From the NCBI GenBank assembly GCA_937942435.1, contig CALDEM010000026.1, positions 3,529 through 67,528 of the forward strand: 64,000 nt of DNA. The letters run 5' to 3'. Both the position numbers and the translations under genes were made by a program. The notes beneath the pieces were generated by a model. That model saw nothing but the letters and a program-made list of their open reading frames with translations. It did no database searches and was not told the DNA's origin. The DNA is from an uncultured Saprospiraceae bacterium (GTDB lineage Bacteria; Bacteroidota; Bacteroidia; Chitinophagales; Saprospiraceae). Shown here in pieces: positions 15,630 through 26,052 of this stretch; within the stretch, counting starts at the first letter, position 1; the number at the start of each line of letters is the position of its first letter.

Positions 15630-17018
15630 ATGAGAATCATCGCAACTATACTTCTCATATGCACACTTTATACTGGATATAGTCAGCAATTTTACAGCTT
15701 GACTGATGCCATTGACTATGCACTTACTCATCATCAATCACTAAGGGTATCAGACTTAGATTCAGAGTTTGCAAAATGGCAGTACAGAGAGGCCAAGTCT
15801 ATTGGATTGCCCAATATAAGAGGTAATGCTAACTACACTTTCTATTATAAAAGACCAGTGCAACCTACTGAAGACTTTATATCACCAGCAGTCTATGGAG
15901 TACTCTTCCAAGAAGAAGTACTGCAGCCTAGAGAATTAGGTGATCCAGAAGTTTTCGAATTTTCATTTGTTAGAAAAAATGATTTGTCCTTATCAGTAAG
16001 CGGTGAGGTGCTGGTATTTGATGGTAACTTTCTAAAAGGCCTCAAGGCCGCTCGTTTGTTTATGGACTTAGCTGTAAAGCAAAAAGAGCTAACGCAGCAA
16101 GACATTATCCATAACGTCACTCGAGCTTATCAGTCAGTCTTAGTTGCTGAGCGTAACAAGAGTATCATTCAAGACAACATCAACAACGTCAATACTGCCT
16201 TAAGAGGAGCAACCATCACTTATGAAAACGGATTTATAGAAGAGCTGGATGTCGACAGATTAAAACTCTCTCTTGAAAACCTAAAAATTGAAATGGAGAA
16301 GTTGAAGCAGGTCATCGACATAAGCTACAATGTTTTAAAATTTCAAATGGCTTATCCTGTTGAGGATGGTATAATAGTCTCAGAGGAATTAGAATCCACA
16401 GTAGAAAAGCTCATCATGGATCCCGAAGAATACATAGCAGAGATAGATCCATCACAGAGACCTGAGCATAATCTTCTAATTGATGCTATATCTCTTGATC
16501 ATGCCGATCTGGTAAGGATCAAACAAGGATACTTGCCAAGTGTATCAGCTATAGCAAGTTATGGTCAGTCGCTCCAACGTGATGGATTATTTGATGGAAA
16601 TGAAGCTGGTTTTCTTGCTAATGGCACGGTGGGATTGAGAGCCCGCATACCTATCTACGATGGAGGATTTACAAAGAGCAAGATCGAACAAAAGATGATC
16701 GATATAGAAAAGAAAAACATAGAGCTTTCTGAGTTTGATAGAGCTATGAAACTGCAAGTGATCAATGCGCAAGGAAATTTTGAAAATGCTAAAAGATCTC
16801 TTGAGGCATCTAAAAAAGTACTTGAGCTCAATCAAAAAATATACGACAAATCGCTAATCAAATATCAAGAAGGTGTCGGCAGTAGTGTTGAAGTCGTACA
16901 AGCCGAAAGCTCGCTGTATCAGTCTCAAGGACAATACATCAGCGCTTTGTATGATCTCTTAACTACAAAGACAGAGATCGATATAGCCACTGGAGAAATC
17001 CTTAAGAATTACAATTAA
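15630..17018 (+). CDS. TolC-family outer membrane efflux protein
   Basis: Signal peptide and two repeated coiled-coil/beta-barrel halves. Sits in the TetR-OMF-MFP-RND gene order. Confidence 0.8.
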   Translation: MRIIATILLICTLYTGYSQQFYSLTDAIDYALTHHQSLRVSDLDSEFAKWQYREAKSIGLPNIRGNANYTFYYKRPVQPTEDFISPAVYGVLFQEEVLQPRELGDPEVFEFSFVRKNDLSLSVSGEVLVFDGNFLKGLKAARLFMDLAVKQKELTQQDIIHNVTRAYQSVLVAERNKSIIQDNINNVNTALRGATITYENGFIEELDVDRLKLSLENLKIEMEKLKQVIDISYNVLKFQMAYPVEDGIIVSEELESTVEKLIMDPEEYIAEIDPSQRPEHNLLIDAISLDHADLVRIKQGYLPSVSAIASYGQSLQRDGLFDGNEAGFLANGTVGLRARIPIYDGGFTKSKIEQKMIDIEKKNIELSEFDRAMKLQVINAQGNFENAKRSLEASKKVLELNQKIYDKSLIKYQEGVGSSVEVVQAESSLYQSQGQYISALYDLLTTKTEIDIATGEILKNYN

Positions 17019-17051
17019 TTAGAAACTCACTATCCTTTATAAATAGAGTAA

Positions 17052-18212
17052 ATGAAAAAGTTATTAGCCCTACTTCTTAGTATCACATTACTCAGTGCAT
17101 GTGAACTTTCTCACACAACGACATCAAGTGAAGAGCCAGAGACTTTGGAAGAATTAAAAGCAGCACTTACGAAAAAGAAACAATCGCTCAATGAACTTGA
17201 AGTAGAGATGCAAGCGCTCACTGATAAAATCGCAGTACTTGACCCAAGCTTACAAGAGAAGTCAAAACTTGTCGATACTTCTATGATGAAAACAGAAGAC
17301 TTCGTACGGTACATCAATATCCAAGGAGCAGTCAAAGCTGATGATCCTGTCAATGCTGTAAGTGACATGGGTGGAAGAATCAGTAGGCTCTTTGTAAAAG
17401 AAGGAGACTTCATACGAAAGGGAGCTATGATCGCAAAACTTGATGTTGCCACTATAGAAAGTCAAATCAATGAGATTAACTCATCCTTAGGTTTAGCCAA
17501 GGATGTGTATGAAAGACAAGAAAGGTTATGGAGTAAAAAAATAGGAAGTGAAGTACAATACCTTCAAGCTAAAAACAATGTAGAAAGATTAGAAAAATCA
17601 CTCGAGACTATTAATCTTCAACTTACGAAGGCTAATATCTATGCTCCGATCTCTGGGACTGTAGATATGGTGATGACTAACCAAGGAGAAGTAGCATCAC
17701 CGGGCATGCCTATTGTTCAATTACTCAATACAAGCAAACTTAAGATCGGAACTGATCTACCTGAAAACTATCTCAAGATTGTAAAAAAAGGGATGACGGT
17801 TGATCTCGATTTTCCAAGTATAGACTTCTCAACTTCAGGCAGAGTTTCCTTGTTGGGCAGACAAATCGATCCAGCCAACAGAACCTTAGAGTTAGAGATC
17901 CAACCTAAAAAATCATCTGATCTACTAAAACCAAATCTTTTAGCTGAGATCAAAATCAAAGAGTACAGTACAAAAGATGCTGTCTTCATGCCTCTTGAGT
18001 ATATACTGCAAGAAGTGGATGGGACAGAGTTTGTATATGTAGCCGAAACAGATGAAGAGGGAGCGATGCGCGCAAAGAAAAGATATGTTCAGATCGGTGA
18101 GGCAGCTGAAGGTAACGTTATTATAACTGAAGGGCTTGCTACAGGAGAAGCGGTCATCTTTAGAGGTTCGAGAAATGTGAGTGATGGTGAATTAATCAAT
18201 TTTTCTAAATAG
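17052..18212 (+). CDS. Efflux RND periplasmic adaptor (membrane fusion protein)
   Basis: Lipobox LLSAC, a coiled-coil hairpin, and a beta-barrel/lipoyl-like pattern (IYAPISGTV). Confidence 0.85.
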   Translation: MKKLLALLLSITLLSACELSHTTTSSEEPETLEELKAALTKKKQSLNELEVEMQALTDKIAVLDPSLQEKSKLVDTSMMKTEDFVRYINIQGAVKADDPVNAVSDMGGRISRLFVKEGDFIRKGAMIAKLDVATIESQINEINSSLGLAKDVYERQERLWSKKIGSEVQYLQAKNNVERLEKSLETINLQLTKANIYAPISGTVDMVMTNQGEVASPGMPIVQLLNTSKLKIGTDLPENYLKIVKKGMTVDLDFPSIDFSTSGRVSLLGRQIDPANRTLELEIQPKKSSDLLKPNLLAEIKIKEYSTKDAVFMPLEYILQEVDGTEFVYVAETDEEGAMRAKKRYVQIGEAAEGNVIITEGLATGEAVIFRGSRNVSDGELINFSK

Positions 18213-18217
18213 AAAAT

Positions 18218-21200
18218 ATGGATTTAGAAAATATAAAAAAGAACCTTAGAAGCTTTAGTCTTACTAACTTTGCTGTTCACAACGGGACCAGTATTATCAT
18301 CTTGGCATTGATGATCCTAATCTTTGGATTAAGATCTTATACGACGATGCCTAAAGAGTCTTATCCAGAAGCAAGTTTTCCAACGGTATATATCAATACA
18401 CCTTATTTTGGTAACTCGGCAGCTGATATAGAAAACCTCATCGCTCGTCCCATAGAAAAGGAAATATCCACAGTCAGTGGTGTTAAGAGGATGAACTCTA
18501 CGTCCATCCAAGATTTCTCAGTCATCCTTGTAGAGTTTGATCCAGACCAAGACCAAGATGCAGCCGTTAGGAAAGTAAAGGATGCAGTTGATATGGCGAA
18601 GTCAGAACTGCCAACAGACTTGGATACAGATCCTACTATTCTGGAAGTCAACTTCTCTGAGTTTCCAATTATGACAGTCAATGTCTCTGGAAATTATGGA
18701 ATGGATGAACTGAGAGAAATTGCAGAATATCTACAAGACAAAATAGAAGGCCTCCGAGAGATTAACAAAGTCACCTTAAAGGGAGCGCTTGACCGCGAGG
18801 TAAAAGTAGACATCGATGTAATCAAAATGCAATCGCTTAAAGTATCATTTAATGATGTCGAAGGCGCTATAGCTCAAGAGAACATGTCTATGTCAGCCGG
18901 CGAGATTGTGAGCAATGATTTTAGAAGATCGATCCGTGTAGTTGGCGAATTCACTAATGTAAATGAAATCAAAAATGTAATTGTAAAAAGTGAACGCAAT
19001 CGACCTATCTATCTTAGAGACTTCGCTACAGTCAAGTATGGATATGAAGAGCGTACGAGTTATGCGCGATCTAATAGTCTTCCGGTTATAGCACTCGATG
19101 TTGTAAAAAGAAGGGGTGGCAATGTTATAGATGTAGCAGCTAAAATCAAAAATCTAATCGCTGAAGAACAGTCTAATCTACCACCAGACATCAACATAGC
19201 CATATTCAACGATACCTCTAAGTATACGAAAGAGTCTGTTTCTACCCTTGAGAATAGTGTGATCTCAGGGGTAATCCTTGTCATTGTCGTACTACTTTTC
19301 TTCTTAGGTTTAAGAAATTCATTGTTTGTCGGTATAGCAATACCTCTTTCGATGTTGATGGGTATACTCTTCTTGGATATCACTGGGACTACTATCAATA
19401 TGATCGTTCTATTTGGATTGATCTTAGCACTTGGTCTCCTTGTAGATAATGCCATCGTAGTGGTAGAGAACATTTATCGATATCGACAAAATGGATATAG
19501 TGCTAAAGACTCTGCAAAATATGGAGCAGGGGAAGTCGCCTGGCCAATCATAGCTTCAACAGCTACAACACTTGCCGCCTTTATTCCACTTGCCCTATGG
19601 CCCGGCATCATGGGTGAGTTCATGAGATATTTTCCAATTACATTAATCGCTGTATTGACCGCTTCTTTATTCGTTGCGTTAGTGATCAATCCTGTATTGA
19701 CATCCTACTTAATGAAAGTAGATGTGAAGGCAGAAACTAAGGAAGGAAGAAACCGTAATAGACGTAATGTTCTAATTGGAGCGCTTATCATGACAGGTAT
19801 TGCGATTGCTGGACACTTTGGAGGAAAAGAATGGGTTCGCAATTTATTTGGAATAGCAACCATAGTATCACTTGTCAACTTCTTCCTATTCAGACCAGGT
19901 ACGTTCTTCTTTCAAAATAGAGGCTTACCGTTTTTAGAAAGATTGTATAATAGATTTATAAATGTTGTGCTTTCTGGATTTGGTCCAGGTGTTACTTTTA
20001 TAGGAACTTTATTTTTGTTGATCGCCTCATTCGTGATATTTAGCATCAACACACCAAAAATCGAATACTTTCCTTCGAGTGACCCTCAATATGTCAATGT
20101 CTTTGTAGATCTTCCACTAGGATCTGATATCGAATCTACCAATCGAATCGTTAAAGAGATTGAAGAGGATGTCAAGAAAGGAGTATCAGAATATAACGAT
20201 ATTGTAGAAGAAATTTTAACCCAAATCGGCGAGGAAACCTCAGATCCAAACACTCCGCCTGAACCAGGAGTAACACCACACAAAGGAAGAATCACAGTTT
20301 CTTTTGTTGGATATCAAGACCGTAACGATGTTTCTTCAGCAGACGCGATGATAGCCATTAGAGAAGCAGTTAAAGATAGAGCAGGTGTTTCTGTTGTGAT
20401 TGATAAAGACAATGACGGCCCACCTACTGGTCTCCCTATTAACATAGAAATTGTTGGGGATGATATAGATGAACTGTCAGAGTTATCTACTGACATCAAA
20501 ACTTACTTAAATGGGCTTAAAGTACCTGGAGTAGAAGGATTAAAAACTGATGTTATCCTGGCAAAACCAGAACTTGAGGTAATTATAGATCGTGAGTCGG
20601 CAAGGAGATATGGATTATCTACAGCTCAGATAGCTTTGGCGCTAAGGACTTCAGTCTATGGAAAAGAGGTTTCTAAGTTTAAAGTCGGAGAGGATGAGTA
20701 TCCAATCATGATTAGACTTAATGAAGACTACAGATACAACACTTCTGCACTTATGAATCAGGAGATCACTTTTAGAGACCCTGGATCTGGGCGCATCATT
20801 CAGATACCGATCAGTGCCGTAACTGATTATAAGTACTCTACTAGTTATAATGCGATCAAACGTAAGGATGAAAAACGCATGATCACTATCTACTCCAATG
20901 TACTTGAAGGATACAATGCCAACGAGATCGTTGCTGACTTTAAGGATGCTATGCGCAGATACGAGATGCCAAGAGATTATACTTACTCTTTTACTGGAGA
21001 GCAAGAGCAGCAAGCCGAAGACATGGCCTTTTTGAATGGCGCCTTTATGATTGCACTCTTTTCAATATTTATCATTTTGGTATTACAGTTTAACTCGATC
21101 TACAGTCCATTCATCATCATCTTATCTGTTCTCTTTAGTACCATCGGCGTACTCTTAGGTTATTCTATAACAGGCAGAACGATAGGCGTTGTTTTTACTG

Positions 21201-21697
21201 GCGTTGGGATCATATCGCTAGCAGGTATCGTTGTTAACAATGCCATCGTTCTTGTGGATTATATCAATCTACTGATCCAACGTAAGAGAGAAAGCCTTGA
21301 CATCTCTACTATATTTCATATGGATAAAGATGATGTCCGTCAAGCCATCATCCAAGGTGGAGCTACGAGATTACGACCAGTACTATTGACGGCGATTACA
21401 ACTGTACTTGGGTTGATACCCTTGGCAACAGGTTTTAACATCAATTTTTTTACAATTATCTCTGACTTAGATCCTCAGTTTTACATCGGTGGAAACACCA
21501 CTGCACTGTGGGGTTCTCTTGCATGGACAGTTATCTACGGTTTAGTCTTTGCAACTTTCCTAACTTTGGTCGTAGTACCAGCAATGTATTGGTTGGCATA
21601 TAGATTTAGATATTGGTCTGAAGGATGGAAGAACAAGCAGCCAGAATCATTACGGCCTATCGCTGTAGAACGAGATATCATTGACAACTTTGAATAA
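18218..21697 (+). CDS. RND efflux pump inner-membrane permease (AcrB/HAE1-like)
   Basis: 1159 aa with 12-TM RND topology, two large periplasmic loops, and LGLLVDNAIVVVENI / AGIVVNNAIVLVDY motifs. Confidence 0.9.
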   Translation: MDLENIKKNLRSFSLTNFAVHNGTSIIILALMILIFGLRSYTTMPKESYPEASFPTVYINTPYFGNSAADIENLIARPIEKEISTVSGVKRMNSTSIQDFSVILVEFDPDQDQDAAVRKVKDAVDMAKSELPTDLDTDPTILEVNFSEFPIMTVNVSGNYGMDELREIAEYLQDKIEGLREINKVTLKGALDREVKVDIDVIKMQSLKVSFNDVEGAIAQENMSMSAGEIVSNDFRRSIRVVGEFTNVNEIKNVIVKSERNRPIYLRDFATVKYGYEERTSYARSNSLPVIALDVVKRRGGNVIDVAAKIKNLIAEEQSNLPPDINIAIFNDTSKYTKESVSTLENSVISGVILVIVVLLFFLGLRNSLFVGIAIPLSMLMGILFLDITGTTINMIVLFGLILALGLLVDNAIVVVENIYRYRQNGYSAKDSAKYGAGEVAWPIIASTATTLAAFIPLALWPGIMGEFMRYFPITLIAVLTASLFVALVINPVLTSYLMKVDVKAETKEGRNRNRRNVLIGALIMTGIAIAGHFGGKEWVRNLFGIATIVSLVNFFLFRPGTFFFQNRGLPFLERLYNRFINVVLSGFGPGVTFIGTLFLLIASFVIFSINTPKIEYFPSSDPQYVNVFVDLPLGSDIESTNRIVKEIEEDVKKGVSEYNDIVEEILTQIGEETSDPNTPPEPGVTPHKGRITVSFVGYQDRNDVSSADAMIAIREAVKDRAGVSVVIDKDNDGPPTGLPINIEIVGDDIDELSELSTDIKTYLNGLKVPGVEGLKTDVILAKPELEVIIDRESARRYGLSTAQIALALRTSVYGKEVSKFKVGEDEYPIMIRLNEDYRYNTSALMNQEITFRDPGSGRIIQIPISAVTDYKYSTSYNAIKRKDEKRMITIYSNVLEGYNANEIVADFKDAMRRYEMPRDYTYSFTGEQEQQAEDMAFLNGAFMIALFSIFIILVLQFNSIYSPFIIILSVLFSTIGVLLGYSITGRTIGVVFTGVGIISLAGIVVNNAIVLVDYINLLIQRKRESLDISTIFHMDKDDVRQAIIQGGATRLRPVLLTAITTVLGLIPLATGFNINFFTIISDLDPQFYIGGNTTALWGSLAWTVIYGLVFATFLTLVVVPAMYWLAYRFRYWSEGWKNKQPESLRPIAVERDIIDNFE

Positions 21698-21704
21698 TAA
21701 ATAA

Positions 21705-22352
21705 ATGGAGCGAGAGGAACTGCAGAATATGAGAATGACATATCTAAAGGGAACTTTAGAACGCGAACGTTTAAATAATGATCCTCTCGCCATGTCCAAA
21801 GAATGGTTTCAAATAGCTGTCGACCAAGAGATATATGAAGCTAATGCCATGTCGCTCGCCACTGTCAATGCTGATAAACAACCGACACTAAGAACAGTAT
21901 TGTTAAAAGGAATCGACGATGCTGGATTTATATTCTATTCTAATTATCATAGTCGCAAGGGACGTGAGTTAGAACAAAATCCGCGTGCCTCTATCCTACT
22001 CTTTTGGAAAGAGTTAGAAAGACAGATTAGAATAGAAGGAAAAATAGAAAAGATAACTGATCAAGAGTCTAAAGCGTACTTCAAAAGTAGACCTAAAGGA
22101 AGCCAACTGGGTGCTTGGGCTTCTCCGCAGAGTAAGGTAATCACCGATAGAGCTGAGTTAGATGACCGTTTATTGGAGTTACAAGACATCTACAAAGATC
22201 AAGCTCGCTTACCTAAACCCGCCCATTGGGGTGGATATAGACTCATACCTCACTACTATGAGTTCTGGCAAGGACGAGACAATCGACTACATGATCGATT
22301 TGAATATAAACGAGAAGATGACGGTTGGACCATCAATCGATTAGCTCCTTAG
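21705..22352 (+). CDS. pdxH: Pyridoxamine 5'-phosphate oxidase
   Basis: RTVLLKG...FYSNY.SRKG, RIEG, and the C-terminal FWQGRDNRLHDRFEY motif. Confidence 0.9.
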   Translation: MEREELQNMRMTYLKGTLERERLNNDPLAMSKEWFQIAVDQEIYEANAMSLATVNADKQPTLRTVLLKGIDDAGFIFYSNYHSRKGRELEQNPRASILLFWKELERQIRIEGKIEKITDQESKAYFKSRPKGSQLGAWASPQSKVITDRAELDDRLLELQDIYKDQARLPKPAHWGGYRLIPHYYEFWQGRDNRLHDRFEYKREDDGWTINRLAP

Positions 22353-22720
22353 AAAGGTAGGTCGTCAAAATCTTCTGTCGCTGGGGTCTTCACTTCATCT
22401 TTAGGTGATGGCCAAGAAGAAGGGTCTGATGGAGCGGCTGGTGCAGCAGCTTGAGCTTGCTCTTTCACTACTTTCCAAGCTTTGATGTTAGTGTACCACT
22501 TACCGTTGTATTCTCTACTTTCGATATCGATGCTGGCAGTTACTTCTTCTCCTTCTTTGATTGCGAAGGCATCAATAGTATCTCCCCAAGCGTAAAAGCA
22601 TACTTTCTTTGGGTATTGGCCTGGGATCTCGATTACAAATTCTTGTTTTCTCCAAGTTCCATTTTTCCCTTCGCCTGACTGAACTGGCAGTATCTGAACG
22701 ATCTTTCCTTTGAGCTCCAT
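22349..22720 (-). CDS. DUF3127-like small protein with an SSB-type Pro/Ala linker and acidic tip
   Basis: MELKGKIVQILPVQSGEGKNGTWRKQEFVIE (DUF3127-like, from memory), followed by AQAAAPAAPSDPSSWPSP and the C-terminal EDFDDLPF. Confidence 0.6.
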   Translation of the reverse strand: MELKGKIVQILPVQSGEGKNGTWRKQEFVIEIPGQYPKKVCFYAWGDTIDAFAIKEGEEVTASIDIESREYNGKWYTNIKAWKVVKEQAQAAAPAAPSDPSSWPSPKDEVKTPATEDFDDLPF

Positions 22721-22822
22721 AGTTGGTTATTGAGCTGCAAACATATAGATAAAAGAATTACTATGAAAACGCAGGAGCGTAATCATTGATCTCAAGGAGT
22801 AATCTACGCTGATGCGATTGTA

Positions 22823-24202
22823 CTATGATAATTTATTGAAGTACACCTTAGCCCTTTCTATCACCTTTGGGGCTAATAGCAAAGTTGCAATCATAGTTGG
22901 AAATGCCATCAAAGCATAAAAACCATCTATAAGATTGATCATCATCGATAGAGAGGTTAATGCTCCAAGCAATATACTGATCAGATAGAAGTAATTGTAA
23001 ATGTGAGCCTTATCAGCGCCAAACAAAAAGGATGTACACTTTGTCCCATAATAGGAAAAAGAGAAAAGCGACGAGATACTAAAGATCGCTATACATACCA
23101 AAAGCAAATACTTACCAACACCTGGGATAGACGATCCAAAAGCATTGGCCGTAAGGGTAACGCCATTGGCTTCAGTGGTCTCCCACACACCTGTAACAAG
23201 GATCGCTAGTGCTGTTAGTGTACATACAACTATAGTATCTATAAAAGGCCCCATCATCGCTACAAGTCCTTCTCTGATAGGCTCTGATGTCTTAGACGCA
23301 CCATGTGCCATCGGCGCTGTACCGATACCCGCTTCATTAGAGAATGCTCCTCTTCTAACCCCTAAAAGGATCATGGCGCCTAGAGCGCCGCCCAGAAGAG
23401 AATCACCTTCTATATAATCAGCCGCAAAGGCATCTGAAAATATCAATCCTAAATAATGCGGTACTTGATCGATATGTACCATCAAGATCCCCACAACGCT
23501 TATAAAATATAGAACCACCATCGCAGGTACTAATCTTGATGCTGTCTGAGCGATCCTACTGAGTCCACCCAGAATAACTACTGAGGTAATGATCAATAGC
23601 ACGATGCCGATCATCAGCTCAGAATAACCTGAGCTATACAGTCCTTGTGGTTTGAGCAAAATATCTCTGATCGCTTGGGTCAATTGATTAACGTTAAAAA
23701 CTGGTAATGCCCCGATCAATCCTGCAAGACTGAAGAAGACAGCAAGTGGCTTCCATTTGGCGCCAAGCCCCTCAGTTATAAAATACATAGGTCCGCCCTG
23801 TACCTCTCCTCGACTATCCTTGCCTCGATACATAATCGCTAGTGCACAAGTGAAAAACTTGGTAGACATACCTATGATCCCACTCACCCACATCCAGAAT
23901 ATAGCTCCTGGCCCTCCTATAGAAATAGCTACAGCTACACCTGCGATATTGCCCATACCAACCGTGGATGCCAAAGCGGTTGATAAAGCTTGAAAGTGAG
24001 ATATCTGACCTTTAGCATCAGCTTCATCGTATTTGCCTCTGAGCAAATCAATCGTATGGCCTAGATATCTAAAAGGTAAGAATCTCACTCTGAGCAATAA
24101 ATACAAACCACCTCCGATCAATAATATCAACAGCGGCAGACCCCAAGCAAATGATGCAAACTCAGATATAAATCCGTCTACCTGTCCAAAAATGTCACTC
24201 AT
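22823..24202 (-). CDS. Alanine/glycine:cation symporter (AGCS family)
   Basis: Polytopic protein with typical AGCS motifs (FQALSTALASTVGMGNIAGVA, GAFSNEAGIGTAP). Start is taken at ATG 24202. The ORF is open to a GTG at 24280. Confidence 0.85.
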   Translation of the reverse strand: MSDIFGQVDGFISEFASFAWGLPLLILLIGGGLYLLLRVRFLPFRYLGHTIDLLRGKYDEADAKGQISHFQALSTALASTVGMGNIAGVAVAISIGGPGAIFWMWVSGIIGMSTKFFTCALAIMYRGKDSRGEVQGGPMYFITEGLGAKWKPLAVFFSLAGLIGALPVFNVNQLTQAIRDILLKPQGLYSSGYSELMIGIVLLIITSVVILGGLSRIAQTASRLVPAMVVLYFISVVGILMVHIDQVPHYLGLIFSDAFAADYIEGDSLLGGALGAMILLGVRRGAFSNEAGIGTAPMAHGASKTSEPIREGLVAMMGPFIDTIVVCTLTALAILVTGVWETTEANGVTLTANAFGSSIPGVGKYLLLVCIAIFSISSLFSFSYYGTKCTSFLFGADKAHIYNYFYLISILLGALTSLSMMINLIDGFYALMAFPTMIATLLLAPKVIERAKVYFNKLS

Positions 24203-24349
24203 AGTCAGGGGAAAGATAGAACAGAAAAATTGCATCTCTGTGTAATTGATCGATGAATCAAAGTGTTTAATAATAGACACTTGGTTTATCGGGAGATTTG
24301 CCTAACAACCAAGAAAAGCTCACTTTTGCATCTTTTTTGAAAAGAACAC

Positions 24350-24892
24350 ATGAAGTATATAATCTTTAGCATCATTAGTATCACTCTTTTTGCTTGCGGA
24401 AACAGCAGCACGAAGAGCAAAAAAATGATTGACGATCTACCCTTTCATAAAGCAGAAGACGCTAAGGCTTACGCTGATCTCATATTAAAAGCGATCAAGA
24501 CCAATCGTCATCTTCCAGTCTTTCATGAGTTCTCTGATAAGACCCAGGATGTAGACAGTGTAGACTACTTCGTAAGCATGTATAGCACAGGTATCGGAGG
24601 AAGAGATGACTGGGACTTTATCGACGTATATGGCAATAGTGAAAAAAAGCCAGATACTAATGAGTTCGAATATGCATGGTTAGACCCAAATGGTCGACTG
24701 GGTATACAAGTAAAGATCATCCCAGAGGGGACATCTAACGGGTTCAATCTCAAGAAGATCGAGTTCAGAAGCCGCCTTAACGTGATGCAGAGTCGTTCAT
24801 TTCCAGGAGGTGAGATATCTAACTACGAAAAGATAGAGTATGATTGGGAGGCAGAGATGAAAAGAAAAGTCGAAGCTGCCAAGAAGGGGTAA
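24350..24892 (+). CDS. Hypothetical lipoprotein
   Basis: Signal peptide with lipobox LFACG. Confidence 0.5.
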   Translation: MKYIIFSIISITLFACGNSSTKSKKMIDDLPFHKAEDAKAYADLILKAIKTNRHLPVFHEFSDKTQDVDSVDYFVSMYSTGIGGRDDWDFIDVYGNSEKKPDTNEFEYAWLDPNGRLGIQVKIIPEGTSNGFNLKKIEFRSRLNVMQSRSFPGGEISNYEKIEYDWEAEMKRKVEAAKKG

Positions 24893-24939
24893 CCTTTTAC
24901 GCTCTACATCGTCTCAACATTATACATCAATTGAAAACG

Positions 24940-25431
24940 ATGAAGGGGCTAATCTCAATTTTACTACTTACCATAGCACTTACTATCTCGACAAGCACAA
25001 CTCATGCCCAAGATGAGGGGATACCTAAGTTGGCCCCTGACTTTGCTATGACTATGGAAGATGGCTCTACTAAGATGCTCTCTGATTTTAGAGGAGAGGT
25101 TATATACATCAGTTTTTGGGCCTCTTGGTGCGGGCCGTGTATTTCTAATTTCAAAAAATATGAGGCGATGCGATCACAACTCAGTGACATTGGGATCACT
25201 TTGCTCAATGTATCGATAGACGAGACCTCAGAGGCTTGGACAACATCGATGGACAAGCAGCAACTATCAGGAGTCAATGCTTTATCTACCAAAGGTGACC
25301 TATACCCAGACTATCAGATCAGTTCTATCCCACTCTACGAGATCATTGGTAAGAACGGCTACTTCAAGTATCTGTCGGATGATATGGATAGAGATATTAT
25401 AGAAGAGTTTAGATCTTTTCTTAAAGAATAA
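24940..25431 (+). CDS. TlpA/redoxin-like thiol-disulfide oxidoreductase
   Basis: Signal peptide followed by the FWASWCGPC thioredoxin-fold motif. Start is taken at ATG 24940 (MKGLISILL). Confidence 0.8.
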   Translation: MKGLISILLLTIALTISTSTTHAQDEGIPKLAPDFAMTMEDGSTKMLSDFRGEVIYISFWASWCGPCISNFKKYEAMRSQLSDIGITLLNVSIDETSEAWTTSMDKQQLSGVNALSTKGDLYPDYQISSIPLYEIIGKNGYFKYLSDDMDRDIIEEFRSFLKE

Positions 25432-25530
25432 GTCCAACTTCAGAAAGAGAGGATTGACCCAAATTTCAATTATCTTGCCTAAAGTAAGTCATTCAATCAA
25501 TCGCTTCATACCATACAAATAGACTAAAAC

Positions 25531-26040
25531 ATGGCAAATAATAATGATCAAACGGCATCATTCATGGTGCGCTTCTCACAGAAGATATATGAAGATGGCC
25601 AAGGTGATGCGCAAGTACAATGGCGAGGCAAGATCTCTCATGTACAAGGAGGAGATAGTGAGAACTTTTCAGAATTTTCAGATGCTATCCAGTTTATACA
25701 ATCCAAGTTATCAGAGTTAACAAAACAAGCTACAGTTGATAAGACACCAGAAGAACAAGAAGGTATACTAACCAGAAGTTTTGATATCTGGAAGAAGCTA
25801 TCGACTACAGGAGCTAAGATGGCCATAGAAACTATAAAAGATCCAAGGAAAGGAGTTGCACAACTCCAAGAACAGATCAGCCAAGTAGGCGAAGATATCG
25901 GACAGCGTCTTGAGATAGATGAGTGGCGTGGCGCAAAAAAAGCTGACTATAATGACCTCAAGGACACACTCCAACAAGTCACTAGCCAGCTTGCTAGTCT
26001 CCATGATAAAGTGGATAAACTAAGCAAGAATAAAAAGTAA
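25531..26040 (+). CDS. Hypothetical protein (N-terminal FMVRF...WRGKISHVQGG module plus a coiled-coil tail)
   Basis: 169-aa ORF, 12 nt upstream of the SARP/BTAD regulator gene. No TM segment or signal peptide. Confidence 0.5.
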   Translation: MANNNDQTASFMVRFSQKIYEDGQGDAQVQWRGKISHVQGGDSENFSEFSDAIQFIQSKLSELTKQATVDKTPEEQEGILTRSFDIWKKLSTTGAKMAIETIKDPRKGVAQLQEQISQVGEDIGQRLEIDEWRGAKKADYNDLKDTLQQVTSQLASLHDKVDKLSKNKK

Positions 26041-26052
26041 GACTTTCGATAA

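Noticed and set aside
24844-24939. Upstream extension of the TlpA-like gene overlapping the preceding lipoprotein gene
   Set aside because: The extension starts at a non-ATG codon and precedes a canonical signal peptide that begins at ATG 24940.
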